Source: Thermoanaerobaculia bacterium (lineage in GTDB: Bacteria; Acidobacteriota; Thermoanaerobaculia; Gp7-AA8). From it: a DNA stretch of 64,000 bases. The notes beneath the pieces are model-generated. The model did not search any database. It saw only the letters and a program-made list of their open reading frames with translations, and was not told the DNA's origin. Position numbers and translations under genes: made by a program. Every line of letters starts with the position of its first letter. The first letter of the stretch is position 1. The DNA lies in NCBI GenBank assembly GCA_036388835.1, contig DASVRB010000185.1, positions 12,021-76,020 of the forward strand, in the 5' to 3' direction. This document shows, in pieces, positions 9,440 through 18,316 of the stretch.

Positions 9440-11923
9440 ATGACTCGACTTCTAGTGACGCTCGTCATCGTGCTGTTTGCCGGCACGATCGCCCGGGCCC
9501 AAACACCCACCACTCCGGAACGTCCGCGCCCGCGGCCCGGCTCGATTCTGGAGACACCCGGCTCCGGCCGCATTACCGACGCACCCGCTCCGACGGCGCC
9601 GCGTCCCGCGGTCACCGGTCAGGTCGTCGAACGGTTCGAAGTCACGGGAAACACTTCCGTCGCCTCCGACACCATTCGCGTCTACCTCGGCATCAGCCCC
9701 GGCGACACGTACGATCCCGCCGCGATTCAGCGCAACTTCACCAACCTCTGGCAGACCGGTCTCTTCGACGACATTCAAATCGAGAGCGTGCCGGGCGACA
9801 CCCCGAACGGCGTCGTCGTTCGCGCGATCGTTCAGGAGCGTGCGCGCATCGGCTCCGTCGAATACCGCGGCAACAAGGCGCTCAGCCAGTCCAAGATCAC
9901 CGAAGCACTCGAAGGCGACAAGATCGACCTGCACGTCGGCAACACGATCGAGCAGACGCTCATCCGCCGCGCTGCTGAAACGATCCGCCGCGCGTACACC
10001 GAGGGTGGTTTCGAAGGCGTGTCCGTCGACGCGCGCACCGAAGACCTCGACACGCCCGGCGAAAAGAAAGTCGTCTTCGTCATCAACGAAGGTGTGAAGG
10101 CGAAAGTCGCCTCCATCGACTTCACCGGCAACCAGCGCTTCTCCGATCGCCGCCTGCGCGGCGAGATGAACGAAGTCAAAAAGCACAACCTCTATACGTG
10201 GGTGCGGAAGAAGAACCTCTACATCCCGTCGAAGCTCGACGCCGATCTCGAGACGCTCCGCAACTACTACCAAGATCACGGCTATCAGGACGTCTCGTTC
10301 GGAGACCCGATCGTGACCACGGCCGGCAAGCGCGTGCGCCTCACCATTCCGGTCAAAGAAGGCGACGTCCACACGTTCGGCAATGTCACGGTCACCGGCA
10401 ACACCGTCTTCACGAACGAGCAGATCATCGGCGACTGGCCGCTGCAGGGTGGCGAGACGCTTGCGCGCAAGCCGATCCAGGCGCGCGTCGATGCGTTCGA
10501 TGAGGCGTACCGCATGCGCGGCTACATCTACGCGTACGTCGACCCGGAGTACGTCGATCGCGGCAACAACGTCGTCGACGTGAACCTGCGCGTATTCGAG
10601 GGCGAGCAGTTCCGCCTCGGCCGCCTCGAGTTCGAAGGCAACACCACCACCAAAGACAAGGTTCTCCGCCGCGAGATCTTCCTCGAGGAAGGTCAGATCA
10701 TGGACATGGAGACCTTCAAGCAGAGCCTCTACAAGCTCGGGCAGCTCGGCTACTTCAAAGTCACGGAGAACCCTGATTTCAAGGTCAATCCGGAGTCGAA
10801 GACGGTCGACATCACGGTCAAAGGTCTCGAAGAAGGAAAGAACGACGTTCAGTTCGGCGGCGGTTACTCCGAGGGCGGCGGGTTCTTCCTGCAGGCCAAC
10901 TTCGCCACGCGCAACTTCCTCGGTGAAGGCGAGAGCTTCTCGATCGGCTACCAGCGCGGTGCGCGCACGAACTTCTACAGCATCGCGTACTCCGATCCGT
11001 GGTTCCTCGACACGCCGAACAGCCTCGGCATCTCGCTCTACAACCGCGACACCGTTCTGCCGGAAGCATTCGGCTTCGAGAACCGCGGCAAGGGCGGCAC
11101 CATCGCGTACGGCTATCGCCTGCGCCGCTTCGACAGCCTGGGATTCGTCTACGGCTACGAGCGCTCGCGCAGCGTGTACGAGACCGTCGAAGCGCCTGAC
11201 GAAAACGGCAACATCCCGGTGCCTGCCGTTTCCGACCTTCGCTTCGTCACCTCGTCGGTCGTGCCGACCTATCGCTACGACTCGCGCGACAACCCGTTCG
11301 ACACCATGCGCGGTGCGCGCATGAGCGTCGGCCTCGCGTACTCGGGCGGTGTGCTCGGCGGCACGATCAACATGTTCAAGCCGACGCTCAACCTGACGAA
11401 GTTCTTCCGCCTCTCGCGGCGCAGCTCCGTCAGCGTCAATGCGGAAGGCGGCTACATCCACCCGTTCGGCGACGATCAGGATTGCGCGTACACATACGAC
11501 GAGCTGACGTCGAAGAGAACTCAGCTCTGCGTTCCGCCGTCGGAGCGCTTCCTCGTCGGCGGTGAGTCGTCGGTGCGCGGCTTCCGTCTCGGCACGCTCG
11601 GCGCGTACGAAAGCATCCAGGGCCAGAGGTCGCGTCCGGCCGGCAGCTACAAGTACCACACGTACAACTTCGAGTACCTGTATCGCATCAACGACCCGCT
11701 GCGGCTCGTGTTGTTCGCCGATGCGGGCCGCGGTTATGGGTATCGCGAGAACATCGATTTCTCGGGTCTGCGCTACACGGTGGGCGCCGAGCTTCGGATT
11801 TTCCTGCCTGTCTTCCAGTTCCCGCTGCGGTTCATTTACGCGATGAATCCGGGCAGCCAGGACGAAGACAGATCAGAAAACAAATTCGAGAGTTTCCAGT
11901 TCACGATCGGGAATACGTTCTAA
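9440..11923 (+). CDS. bamA: Outer membrane protein assembly factor BamA (POTRA repeats plus Omp85 barrel)
   Basis: Start moved to M21 of the track ORF (MTRLLVTLVIVLFAGTIARAQ signal peptide). POTRA-like repeats (VVERFEVTGNTSVASDTIRVYLGISPGDTYDP..), C-terminal beta-barrel ending ..FQFTIGNTF. Conserved synteny with skp-lpxD-fabZ-lpxA. Confidence 0.85.
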   Translation: MTRLLVTLVIVLFAGTIARAQTPTTPERPRPRPGSILETPGSGRITDAPAPTAPRPAVTGQVVERFEVTGNTSVASDTIRVYLGISPGDTYDPAAIQRNFTNLWQTGLFDDIQIESVPGDTPNGVVVRAIVQERARIGSVEYRGNKALSQSKITEALEGDKIDLHVGNTIEQTLIRRAAETIRRAYTEGGFEGVSVDARTEDLDTPGEKKVVFVINEGVKAKVASIDFTGNQRFSDRRLRGEMNEVKKHNLYTWVRKKNLYIPSKLDADLETLRNYYQDHGYQDVSFGDPIVTTAGKRVRLTIPVKEGDVHTFGNVTVTGNTVFTNEQIIGDWPLQGGETLARKPIQARVDAFDEAYRMRGYIYAYVDPEYVDRGNNVVDVNLRVFEGEQFRLGRLEFEGNTTTKDKVLRREIFLEEGQIMDMETFKQSLYKLGQLGYFKVTENPDFKVNPESKTVDITVKGLEEGKNDVQFGGGYSEGGGFFLQANFATRNFLGEGESFSIGYQRGARTNFYSIAYSDPWFLDTPNSLGISLYNRDTVLPEAFGFENRGKGGTIAYGYRLRRFDSLGFVYGYERSRSVYETVEAPDENGNIPVPAVSDLRFVTSSVVPTYRYDSRDNPFDTMRGARMSVGLAYSGGVLGGTINMFKPTLNLTKFFRLSRRSSVSVNAEGGYIHPFGDDQDCAYTYDELTSKRTQLCVPPSERFLVGGESSVRGFRLGTLGAYESIQGQRSRPAGSYKYHTYNFEYLYRINDPLRLVLFADAGRGYGYRENIDFSGLRYTVGAELRIFLPVFQFPLRFIYAMNPGSQDEDRSENKFESFQFTIGNTF

Positions 11924-11975
11924 ACGGCGGTAGCTTAACGACCGTTGTCCAACGGATCACAGAAGGAGAGTCCCC

Positions 11976-12509
11976 ATGAAGAAGTTCCTCGTTACGATTG
12001 CTGTGGCCGCACTCGCGACGCCGATGTTTGCGCAGAACGCGCCGGCGCGCGTCGCGGTGATCGACGTGCAGAAGGTCCTGACCCAGTCCTCTTCCGGCAA
12101 AGCTGCCTATGAGAAGTTGAAGGGCCTTCAGGAAGAGCGCATCGCCAAGGCGAAGCAGCTCGATGAAGACGCGCGCAAGCTCGAGACCGACATCGGCACC
12201 AAGCGCATCTCGCTGAGCGAAGACAAGCTCGCCGAAATGCAGAAGCAGCTCGCCGACAAGCGCATCGCCATCCAGCGTTACGCGCAGGACGCGGACCGCG
12301 AGATCGGTGAAGCGCGCGACCGCGAGCTCCAGGCCCTCGAAGCCCGCATCAAGCCGGTCATCGACGGCATCGGCAAAGAGATGGGCCTCGCCGCCATCTT
12401 CAACAAGTTCGAGTCCGGTCTGGTGTACGCGTCGGACGCGATCGACATCACCGACACGGTCATCCAGCGCTTCAACTCGGCCGCTCCGGCCGCTGCCGCG
12501 AAGAAGTAA
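11976..12509 (+). CDS. skp: Periplasmic chaperone Skp/OmpH
   Basis: Signal peptide [20 protein letters not shown], coiled-coil K/E/Q-rich body, position directly downstream of bamA. AGGAGAG RBS. Confidence 0.8.
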   Translation: MKKFLVTIAVAALATPMFAQNAPARVAVIDVQKVLTQSSSGKAAYEKLKGLQEERIAKAKQLDEDARKLETDIGTKRISLSEDKLAEMQKQLADKRIAIQRYAQDADREIGEARDRELQALEARIKPVIDGIGKEMGLAAIFNKFESGLVYASDAIDITDTVIQRFNSAAPAAAAKK

Positions 12510-12532
12510 GCGATTCGCTTCGCTGCACGTCG

Positions 12533-12561
12533 AAGCCTCCCCTCGCGGGGAGGCTTTTTTT
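12533..12561 (+). terminator. Rho-independent terminator after skp
   Basis: GCCTCCCC-tcgc-GGGGAGGC hairpin followed by TTTTTTT. Confidence 0.7.
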
Positions 12562-12583
12562 ACGCTGCTACAATCCGCGCGCG

Positions 12584-13546
12584 ATGCCCGCCGTCCCTCT
12601 CTCCGACATCGTCAAATTCGTTTCCGGCAAGTACGACGGGCCTGACGCGGCGATCGACGGCGTGCTGCCGCTGGGCGAGGCGGGCGAGCGGCACATCAGC
12701 TTCCTCTCCAACCCCAAATACGCGCCGCAACTCGACACCACGCGCGCCGCGGCGGTGCTGGTTGCGAACGATCTCGAAGGCGATTCGCCGCGCTGGATCC
12801 GCGTCGCGAATCCGTATTACGCGATGGCCACCGTGGTCGCGCGTTTCTTCAATCAGCGCCCCGCTCCGAAAGGCATTTCGCCGCTTGCCTCGATCGCAGC
12901 ATCAGCGACCCTCGGCAACAACGTCGCGGTCGGTGCATTCGCCTCGATCGGCGACGGCGTGACCATCGGCGACGACGTCACCATCTATCCGCACGTCACC
13001 ATCGAAGACGGCGCGGCCATCGGCGACGGCACGGTCATCTATCCACAGGTCTCCATCTACTTCGGCTGCAAAGTCGGACGGAAATGCATCATCCACAGCG
13101 GCGTCGTCATCGGTTCCGACGGCTACGGCTTCGCGACCGACGAGCGTGGCTATCACCACAAGATTCCGCAGGTCGGCATCGTGCGCATCGAAGACGAAGT
13201 CGAGATCGGCGCCGGCACGACCGTCGATCGCGCCGCCCTCGGCGAGACGGTCATCGGTGAAGGAACGAAGATCGACAACCTCGTGCAGATCGGTCACAAC
13301 GTTCGCATCGGCAAGCGTTGTCTGCTCGTGTCGCAGGTCGGCATCGCCGGCTCGACGGAGTTGGGCGAGAGCGTGCAGGTCGGTGGACAGTCGGGGTTTG
13401 CCGGACATCTGAAGATCGGAAACCGCGTGCGCGTGTACTCGAAGAGCGCCGTTTTCGAAGACGTACCGGACGGCATCTGGGTCCGCGGCATCCCCGCCGT
13501 CAGCCAGCGCGAGTACGTTCGCCAACAGCGAGAAAGAAAGAAATGA
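12584..13546 (+). CDS. lpxD: UDP-3-O-acylglucosamine N-acyltransferase LpxD
   Basis: Left-handed beta-helix hexapeptide repeats ([28 protein letters not shown]..), LpxD-like N-terminus, synteny with fabZ and lpxA. Its stop overlaps the fabZ start. Confidence 0.9.
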   Translation: MPAVPLSDIVKFVSGKYDGPDAAIDGVLPLGEAGERHISFLSNPKYAPQLDTTRAAAVLVANDLEGDSPRWIRVANPYYAMATVVARFFNQRPAPKGISPLASIAASATLGNNVAVGAFASIGDGVTIGDDVTIYPHVTIEDGAAIGDGTVIYPQVSIYFGCKVGRKCIIHSGVVIGSDGYGFATDERGYHHKIPQVGIVRIEDEVEIGAGTTVDRAALGETVIGEGTKIDNLVQIGHNVRIGKRCLLVSQVGIAGSTELGESVQVGGQSGFAGHLKIGNRVRVYSKSAVFEDVPDGIWVRGIPAVSQREYVRQQRERKK

Positions 13547-13995
13547 GCAGCCTGAACATCATCGAAATCATGAAGCTCCTGCCGCATCGCTACCCGATGC
13601 TGCTGGTCGATCGCGTCCTCGAGATCTCGGACGACGCCAAACGGATCGTCGGTCTTAAGAACGTCTCGGCTAACGAGCAGTTTTTCCAGGGACACTTCCC
13701 CGGCTCGCCGGTCATGCCGGGCGTGCTCATCGTCGAAGCGATGGCGCAGTGCTCGGCGCTCCTCGGGCTGAAGGAGATGAGCGAAGAGGAGCGTTCGAAG
13801 AAACTGTTCCTCTTCGGCGGGATCGACAAGGCGCGCTTTCGCCGCCCCGTGGTTCCGGGCGACCAGTTGATCCTCGAGTGCGAAGTGCTGCACCGCCGCG
13901 CCAGCACAGTGAAGATGCGCGGAGTGGCCAAGGTCAACGGCGTCGTCGTCGCCGAGGCCGAGCTTCTGAGCATGCTGGTGGACCGCCCGCAATGA
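13543..13995 (+). CDS. fabZ: 3-hydroxyacyl-ACP dehydratase FabZ
   Basis: Start moved to the internal Met ([27 protein letters not shown]..). [19 protein letters not shown] hot-dog motif. ATGA overlap with the lpxD stop. Confidence 0.9.
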   Translation: MSSLNIIEIMKLLPHRYPMLLVDRVLEISDDAKRIVGLKNVSANEQFFQGHFPGSPVMPGVLIVEAMAQCSALLGLKEMSEEERSKKLFLFGGIDKARFRRPVVPGDQLILECEVLHRRASTVKMRGVAKVNGVVVAEAELLSMLVDRPQ

Positions 13996-14768
13996 CCATC
14001 GCAGAAAGCGCAATCATCAGCAGCGAGGCGACGCTTGCACCTGACGTCGAAGTCGGTGCGTACGCGATCATTGGCCCGCATGTGACCGTCGGCGCCGGCA
14101 GCGTCATTGGACCGCACGTGCGCATCGACGGACCGACCACCATCGGCGAGCGCAATCGCTTCGTCGGGCAGGCGTCCATCGGCACCGAGCCGCAGGACCT
14201 GAAGTTCAAAGGCGAGCGTACCGAGCTGCGCATCGGCAACGACAACGTCTTCCGCGAGTTCGTCACCATCAACCGCGGCACCACCGGCGGCGGCGCAATC
14301 ACGACCATCGGCTCCAACAACTTCTTCATGGCGTACGCGCACGTCGCGCATGATTGCCATGTTGGCTCGAACACGATCTTCGCGAACAACGCCACGCTCG
14401 CCGGTCACGTCGAAGTCGGTGACTTCACGACCGTCGGCGCGTTTTCCGCGGTCCATCAGTTCTGCCGCGTCGGCGATCACGCCTTCATCGGCGGCGGCTC
14501 GATCTGCACGCAGGACGTGCTGCCGTTCGTCAAAACCGTCGGCAACCGCCCGGCGAAAACGTATGGCGTGAACAACATCGGTCTCGAGCGGAAAGGGTTT
14601 CAGAAGGAGACGATCGAAGCGCTGCAGCGCGCGTATCGCATCCTCACGCGTTCGAAGCTGCGTTTGCAGGAAGCGCTCGATCGCATCGAAGCGGAGCTCG
14701 GCTTTCACGCCGAGGTGCGCTACTTCGCGGAGTTCATCCGCGAGTCGAAGCGAGGCGTCATCCGATGA
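13992..14768 (+). CDS. lpxA: Acyl-ACP--UDP-N-acetylglucosamine O-acyltransferase LpxA
   Basis: Start at the internal Met ([31 protein letters not shown]..), hexapeptide repeats, LpxA C-terminal helical domain. Start overlaps the fabZ stop. Confidence 0.9.
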   Translation: MTIAESAIISSEATLAPDVEVGAYAIIGPHVTVGAGSVIGPHVRIDGPTTIGERNRFVGQASIGTEPQDLKFKGERTELRIGNDNVFREFVTINRGTTGGGAITTIGSNNFFMAYAHVAHDCHVGSNTIFANNATLAGHVEVGDFTTVGAFSAVHQFCRVGDHAFIGGGSICTQDVLPFVKTVGNRPAKTYGVNNIGLERKGFQKETIEALQRAYRILTRSKLRLQEALDRIEAELGFHAEVRYFAEFIRESKRGVIR

Positions 14769-15709
14769 CCGTGAAGGTCGGCGTCGTCGGCACCGGCTAT
14801 CTCGGCCGCCTGCACGCGCGCGTGCTCAGCGAAACGCCCGAAGCGACGTTCGTCGGATTCGTCGAGCCGAACGACGCCATCGCCGCGGAGGTCGAATCGA
14901 GCCTCGGCCTGAAGCGCTTCGAATCGGTCGCCGCGCTGGCGAAAGAGATCGACGGCGCCGTGGTTGCCACTCCGACCACATCGCATTTCGCCGTCGCGAG
15001 CGAGCTGCTCGCGGCGGGTGTCGACGTCATGGTCGAGAAGCCGATCACCGCGACTGTCGACGAAGCGCAGCGACTGATCGAGCTCGCCGCGAAACATGGT
15101 CGCATCGTGCAGGTCGGCCACGTCGAACGCTACAACCCCGCCATCGCGGCGGTCGCGTCGCTCGTCCGCGCATCGCGTTATTTCGAGGCCGAGCGTCTCG
15201 GCGTGTTCGTTCCGCGCTCGCTCGACGTCGACGTGCTGCTCGATCTCATGATTCACGACCTCAATCTCGTGCTCTCGCTCCTCGGCCAGAAAGTGGTCGA
15301 CGTACGCGCGGTCGGCGTGCCGGTGCTCACCGACAAAGTGGACATCACCAACGTGCGGCTCGAGCTCGAGAACGGTGCGGTTGCCAATCTCACGGCCAGC
15401 CGCGTGTCGCAGGAGCGGGTGCGCAAGCAGCGCTTCTTCGGCAGTGACTTTTACATCTCGGTCGACACGAAAGAGCAGGAAGTGAAGGGTTACCGCCTCG
15501 TCGAAGAAGGCGGCAGCCGTCATGTCGTTCCGTTCGATTTCAACGTAGAGAAGAAAGAGCCGCTGCGCGCGGAGAACGACGCATTTCTGCAGTGCGTGCG
15601 CGATCGTTCGCGGCCGACCGTGTCTGCTGAAGACGGGCTGGCGGCGGTGGAGCTAGCGTCGCGCGTGCGCGATGCGATCGATGAGGCGGTGAGGAGATTC
15701 CGGGCATGA
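14765..15709 (+). CDS. Gfo/Idh/MocA-family NAD(P)-dependent oxidoreductase (GnnA-like candidate)
   Basis: N-terminal Rossmann fold MTVKVGVVGTGYLGRLHARVL and an EKP motif (VMVEKPITATVDEA). Start overlaps the lpxA stop, so it is translationally coupled to the lipid A genes. Confidence 0.8.
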   Translation: MTVKVGVVGTGYLGRLHARVLSETPEATFVGFVEPNDAIAAEVESSLGLKRFESVAALAKEIDGAVVATPTTSHFAVASELLAAGVDVMVEKPITATVDEAQRLIELAAKHGRIVQVGHVERYNPAIAAVASLVRASRYFEAERLGVFVPRSLDVDVLLDLMIHDLNLVLSLLGQKVVDVRAVGVPVLTDKVDITNVRLELENGAVANLTASRVSQERVRKQRFFGSDFYISVDTKEQEVKGYRLVEEGGSRHVVPFDFNVEKKEPLRAENDAFLQCVRDRSRPTVSAEDGLAAVELASRVRDAIDEAVRRFRA

Positions 15710-16572
15710 GTGACGCGCAGATCGGCATCATCGGAGGCTCCGGCCTCTACCAAATGGACGGGCTCAACGTGCTGTACGAGCGGACGCTCGACACGCCGTT
15801 CGGTTCACCATCGGACCCGTTCGTGATCGGCGAGATCGACGGCGTGCGCGTGGCCTTTCTGTCGCGGCACGGACGCGGCCACCGCTTCACACCGTCCGAG
15901 GTCAACTATCGCGCGAACATCTACGGCTTCAAACTGCTCGGCGTCGAAACAATCCTTTCCGCCAGCGCGGTTGGCTCGATGAAGGTCGACTACAAGCCGA
16001 CCGACATCGTCTTTCCCGATCAGTTCATCGATCGCACTCGGCATCGCGCCGACACCTTCTTCGGCAACGGCATCGTCGCGCACGTGGCGTTTGCCGATCC
16101 GATCTGCGCCGGTGTGTCGTTCCTGATGGCTGATGCCGGTCGCGAAGTCGGCGCGACCGTGCACATCGGCGGCACCTACATCTGCATGGAAGGTCCGCAG
16201 TTCTCGACGCGCGCCGAATCGAATCTGTATCGCACGTGGGGCGCCGACGTGATCGGCATGACCAATCTCACCGAGGCCAAACTCGCGCGTGAAGCGGAGA
16301 TCTGTTACGCCACGATGGCGATGATCACCGACTACGACTGCTGGCACCCCGAGCACGACGACGTCGACATCGAGCAGATCCTCGGATACCTGCGCGCAAA
16401 CGCCACGACGGCGCAGGCGATCCTCAGAACCTCGATCGCCCGCGCCGCCGCGCGGAAACGCGACTGCGGCTGCGTGAACGCACTGCAGTTCGCGCTGCTC
16501 ACCGATCCGGCCGTGATCCCGCCGAAAGTGAAAGACGAGCTCGCGCCGCTGATCGGCAAGTACGTGCGCTAA
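15706..16572 (+). CDS. mtnP: S-methyl-5'-thioadenosine phosphorylase
   Basis: IGIIGGSGLY..AFLSRHGRGHRFTPSEVNYRANI..GMTNLTEAKLAREAEICYATMAMITDYDCW, the classical MTAP/PNP family signature. Start overlaps the upstream gene's stop. Confidence 0.85.
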   Translation: MSDAQIGIIGGSGLYQMDGLNVLYERTLDTPFGSPSDPFVIGEIDGVRVAFLSRHGRGHRFTPSEVNYRANIYGFKLLGVETILSASAVGSMKVDYKPTDIVFPDQFIDRTRHRADTFFGNGIVAHVAFADPICAGVSFLMADAGREVGATVHIGGTYICMEGPQFSTRAESNLYRTWGADVIGMTNLTEAKLAREAEICYATMAMITDYDCWHPEHDDVDIEQILGYLRANATTAQAILRTSIARAAARKRDCGCVNALQFALLTDPAVIPPKVKDELAPLIGKYVR

Positions 16573-17288
16573 GGCGCGTAATTGACGGTGAGCTTGAAGA
16601 TCACCGGCTTCGCCACACCATCGGCCTTGCCGGGCTCGAATCGCCACTGCCGGATTGCGTCGAGCACCACATAAGACATCGTCGGCGCGGGCAGAGGTTT
16701 GACGATCGTCGGTCCGGTCACACGGCCGTCGGTCTCGATGATCACTTCCACCTGCAGCGCGCCGGTGACGCCGAACGCGCGTGCGCCGGGCGGATAGCGC
16801 GGTTCGACGCGACGCTTGATTTTCGGCGCCGTCACCTTCGGCTGCTTCGGGCCATCGACCGGCGCACCGCCCTCCGACCTGGAGTGCACCTTCCGGTTCT
16901 GCATCAGGAAGCGGCCGGGATTGCCGAACTCGGACAGATTGCGGCTGCCGTACGCCGGATAGAGCCCCATCACCGTGTGCCAGTGCCAGAGCGCTTCTTC
17001 ATCGCGGTCGAGTCCGGCCAGTGCGATCGCTTTGTGCGTCAGCACGAGCCCGAAAATCTCGCTCGAGCCTTGTCCCGGGCCGAGGCGATTGATCATTTCT
17101 TCAATGAGCGCATTCGAGATCTGCAGCGATTTTCCGTAATCGCCTTTCTTGAGCGATTCGCCGCTTTGATCGATGCGCGTTTTCCATCGCTCGACCGTCG
17201 CATCCTGCGCCTGCAGCGCGGTCGCGAACACGATTGCCGCCAATAGTAGAAGTGGTACTCTCCGCCGCCGAAAGGAAAAGGAATTCAT
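16569..17288 (-). CDS. TonB C-terminal-domain (energy transducer TonB family) protein
   Basis: Start chosen at M27 of the track ORF (MNSFSFRRRRVPLLLLAAIVFATALQAQ). The C-terminal ~90 aa (PKIKRRVEPRYPPGARAFGVTGALQVEVIIETDGRV..) resembles a TonB_C domain. Start codon uncertain (alternative upstream Mets). Confidence 0.55.
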   Translation of the reverse strand: MNSFSFRRRRVPLLLLAAIVFATALQAQDATVERWKTRIDQSGESLKKGDYGKSLQISNALIEEMINRLGPGQGSSEIFGLVLTHKAIALAGLDRDEEALWHWHTVMGLYPAYGSRNLSEFGNPGRFLMQNRKVHSRSEGGAPVDGPKQPKVTAPKIKRRVEPRYPPGARAFGVTGALQVEVIIETDGRVTGPTIVKPLPAPTMSYVVLDAIRQWRFEPGKADGVAKPVIFKLTVNYAP

Positions 17289-17292
17289 CAGC

Positions 17293-18213
17293 ATGCCCAT
17301 CCTCGTTGTCGGTAGTGTTGCGTTCGATGCTTTGCAGACTCCGTTCGGAAAGGTCGACCGCTGCATCGGCGGCTCCGCGACCTACTTCTCCGTCGCGGCG
17401 TCGTTCTTCACCCGTGTCGATCTGGTCGCCGTCGTCGGCGAGGACTTCACGGCCGAAGATGCAGCAGTGTTCGACGGACGCAATATCAATACCGACGGCC
17501 TGCAGCGCGTGCCCGGACAGAAGACGTTTTTCTGGAGCGGCGAGTACGGCTTCGACCTGAACGTCGCGAAAACGCGAGACACGCAGCTCAACGTCTTCGC
17601 CGATTTCAAGCCGCAGCTCAGCGAAGCGCAGCGCACTCCGGACGTCCTTTTCCTGGCGAACATTCAGCCCGAGCTGCAGCTCGACGTGTTGCAGCAGACG
17701 CAGCGTCCGCGCCTCGTCGCGCTCGACACGATGAATCTCTGGATCGACATCAAGCGCGACGCGCTGGAGCGCGTGATCCGCGAGGTCGATCTCGTGATTA
17801 TCAATGAAGCGGAAGTGCGCATGTTCACGAAGGAGCCGAACCTCGTGAAAGGGGCGCGCCAGATCCTCGAGCTCGGACCGCAGACGCTGGTCATCAAGCG
17901 CGGCGAGTACGGCGTGCTGATGGTGCGCAAGGACGCGATCTTCGCGGCGCCGGCGTATCCGCTCGAGAACGTCTTCGATCCGACCGGCGCGGGCGACACG
18001 TTCGCCGGCGGTTTCCTCGGATACCTCGCCTCCCGCAGCGAAGTGACGGACCACGAGCTCCGCCGCGCGATCGTGTTCGGCAGTGTGCTCGCGTCGTTCA
18101 CGGTCGAAAAGTTCTCGCTCGACCGGCTGCGCGAGATCACGGTGGCCGACATCCACCAGCGCTACCAGGACTTTCGCGCCCTCACACACTTCGACGACGC
18201 GAGCCGGGACTGA
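17293..18213 (+). CDS. PfkB-family carbohydrate/nucleoside kinase (ribokinase-like)
   Basis: N-terminal MPILVVGSVAFD, DPTGAGDTFAGGFLGYL (PfkB signature 2 with the GAGD anion hole). Start adjusted to M41 of the track ORF. Confidence 0.75.
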   Translation: MPILVVGSVAFDALQTPFGKVDRCIGGSATYFSVAASFFTRVDLVAVVGEDFTAEDAAVFDGRNINTDGLQRVPGQKTFFWSGEYGFDLNVAKTRDTQLNVFADFKPQLSEAQRTPDVLFLANIQPELQLDVLQQTQRPRLVALDTMNLWIDIKRDALERVIREVDLVIINEAEVRMFTKEPNLVKGARQILELGPQTLVIKRGEYGVLMVRKDAIFAAPAYPLENVFDPTGAGDTFAGGFLGYLASRSEVTDHELRRAIVFGSVLASFTVEKFSLDRLREITVADIHQRYQDFRALTHFDDASRD

Positions 18214-18261
18214 ACCTTGTGCCGCGAAGACGGCGAAGGACCCCCTGCCTTCCGACTGACT

Positions 18262-18303
18262 CCGCCCCGTCATCCTTCGCTAAAGCTCAGGATGACGGGG
18301 CGG
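18262..18303. terminator. Perfect 14-bp stem-loop between convergent genes (GTCATCC-family hairpin), probable bidirectional terminator
   Basis: CCGCCCCGTCATCC-ttcgctaaagctca-GGATGACGGGGCGG. No strong T-run on either side. Confidence 0.45.
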
Positions 18304-18316
18304 GGCCGTGCAGGTG

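Noticed and set aside
9452-11659. 735-aa minus-strand ORF inside bamA
   Set aside because: Antisense to a well-supported bamA reading frame (POTRA plus barrel). Its composition (poly-R/A/D/E) is typical of GC3-driven shadow ORFs.
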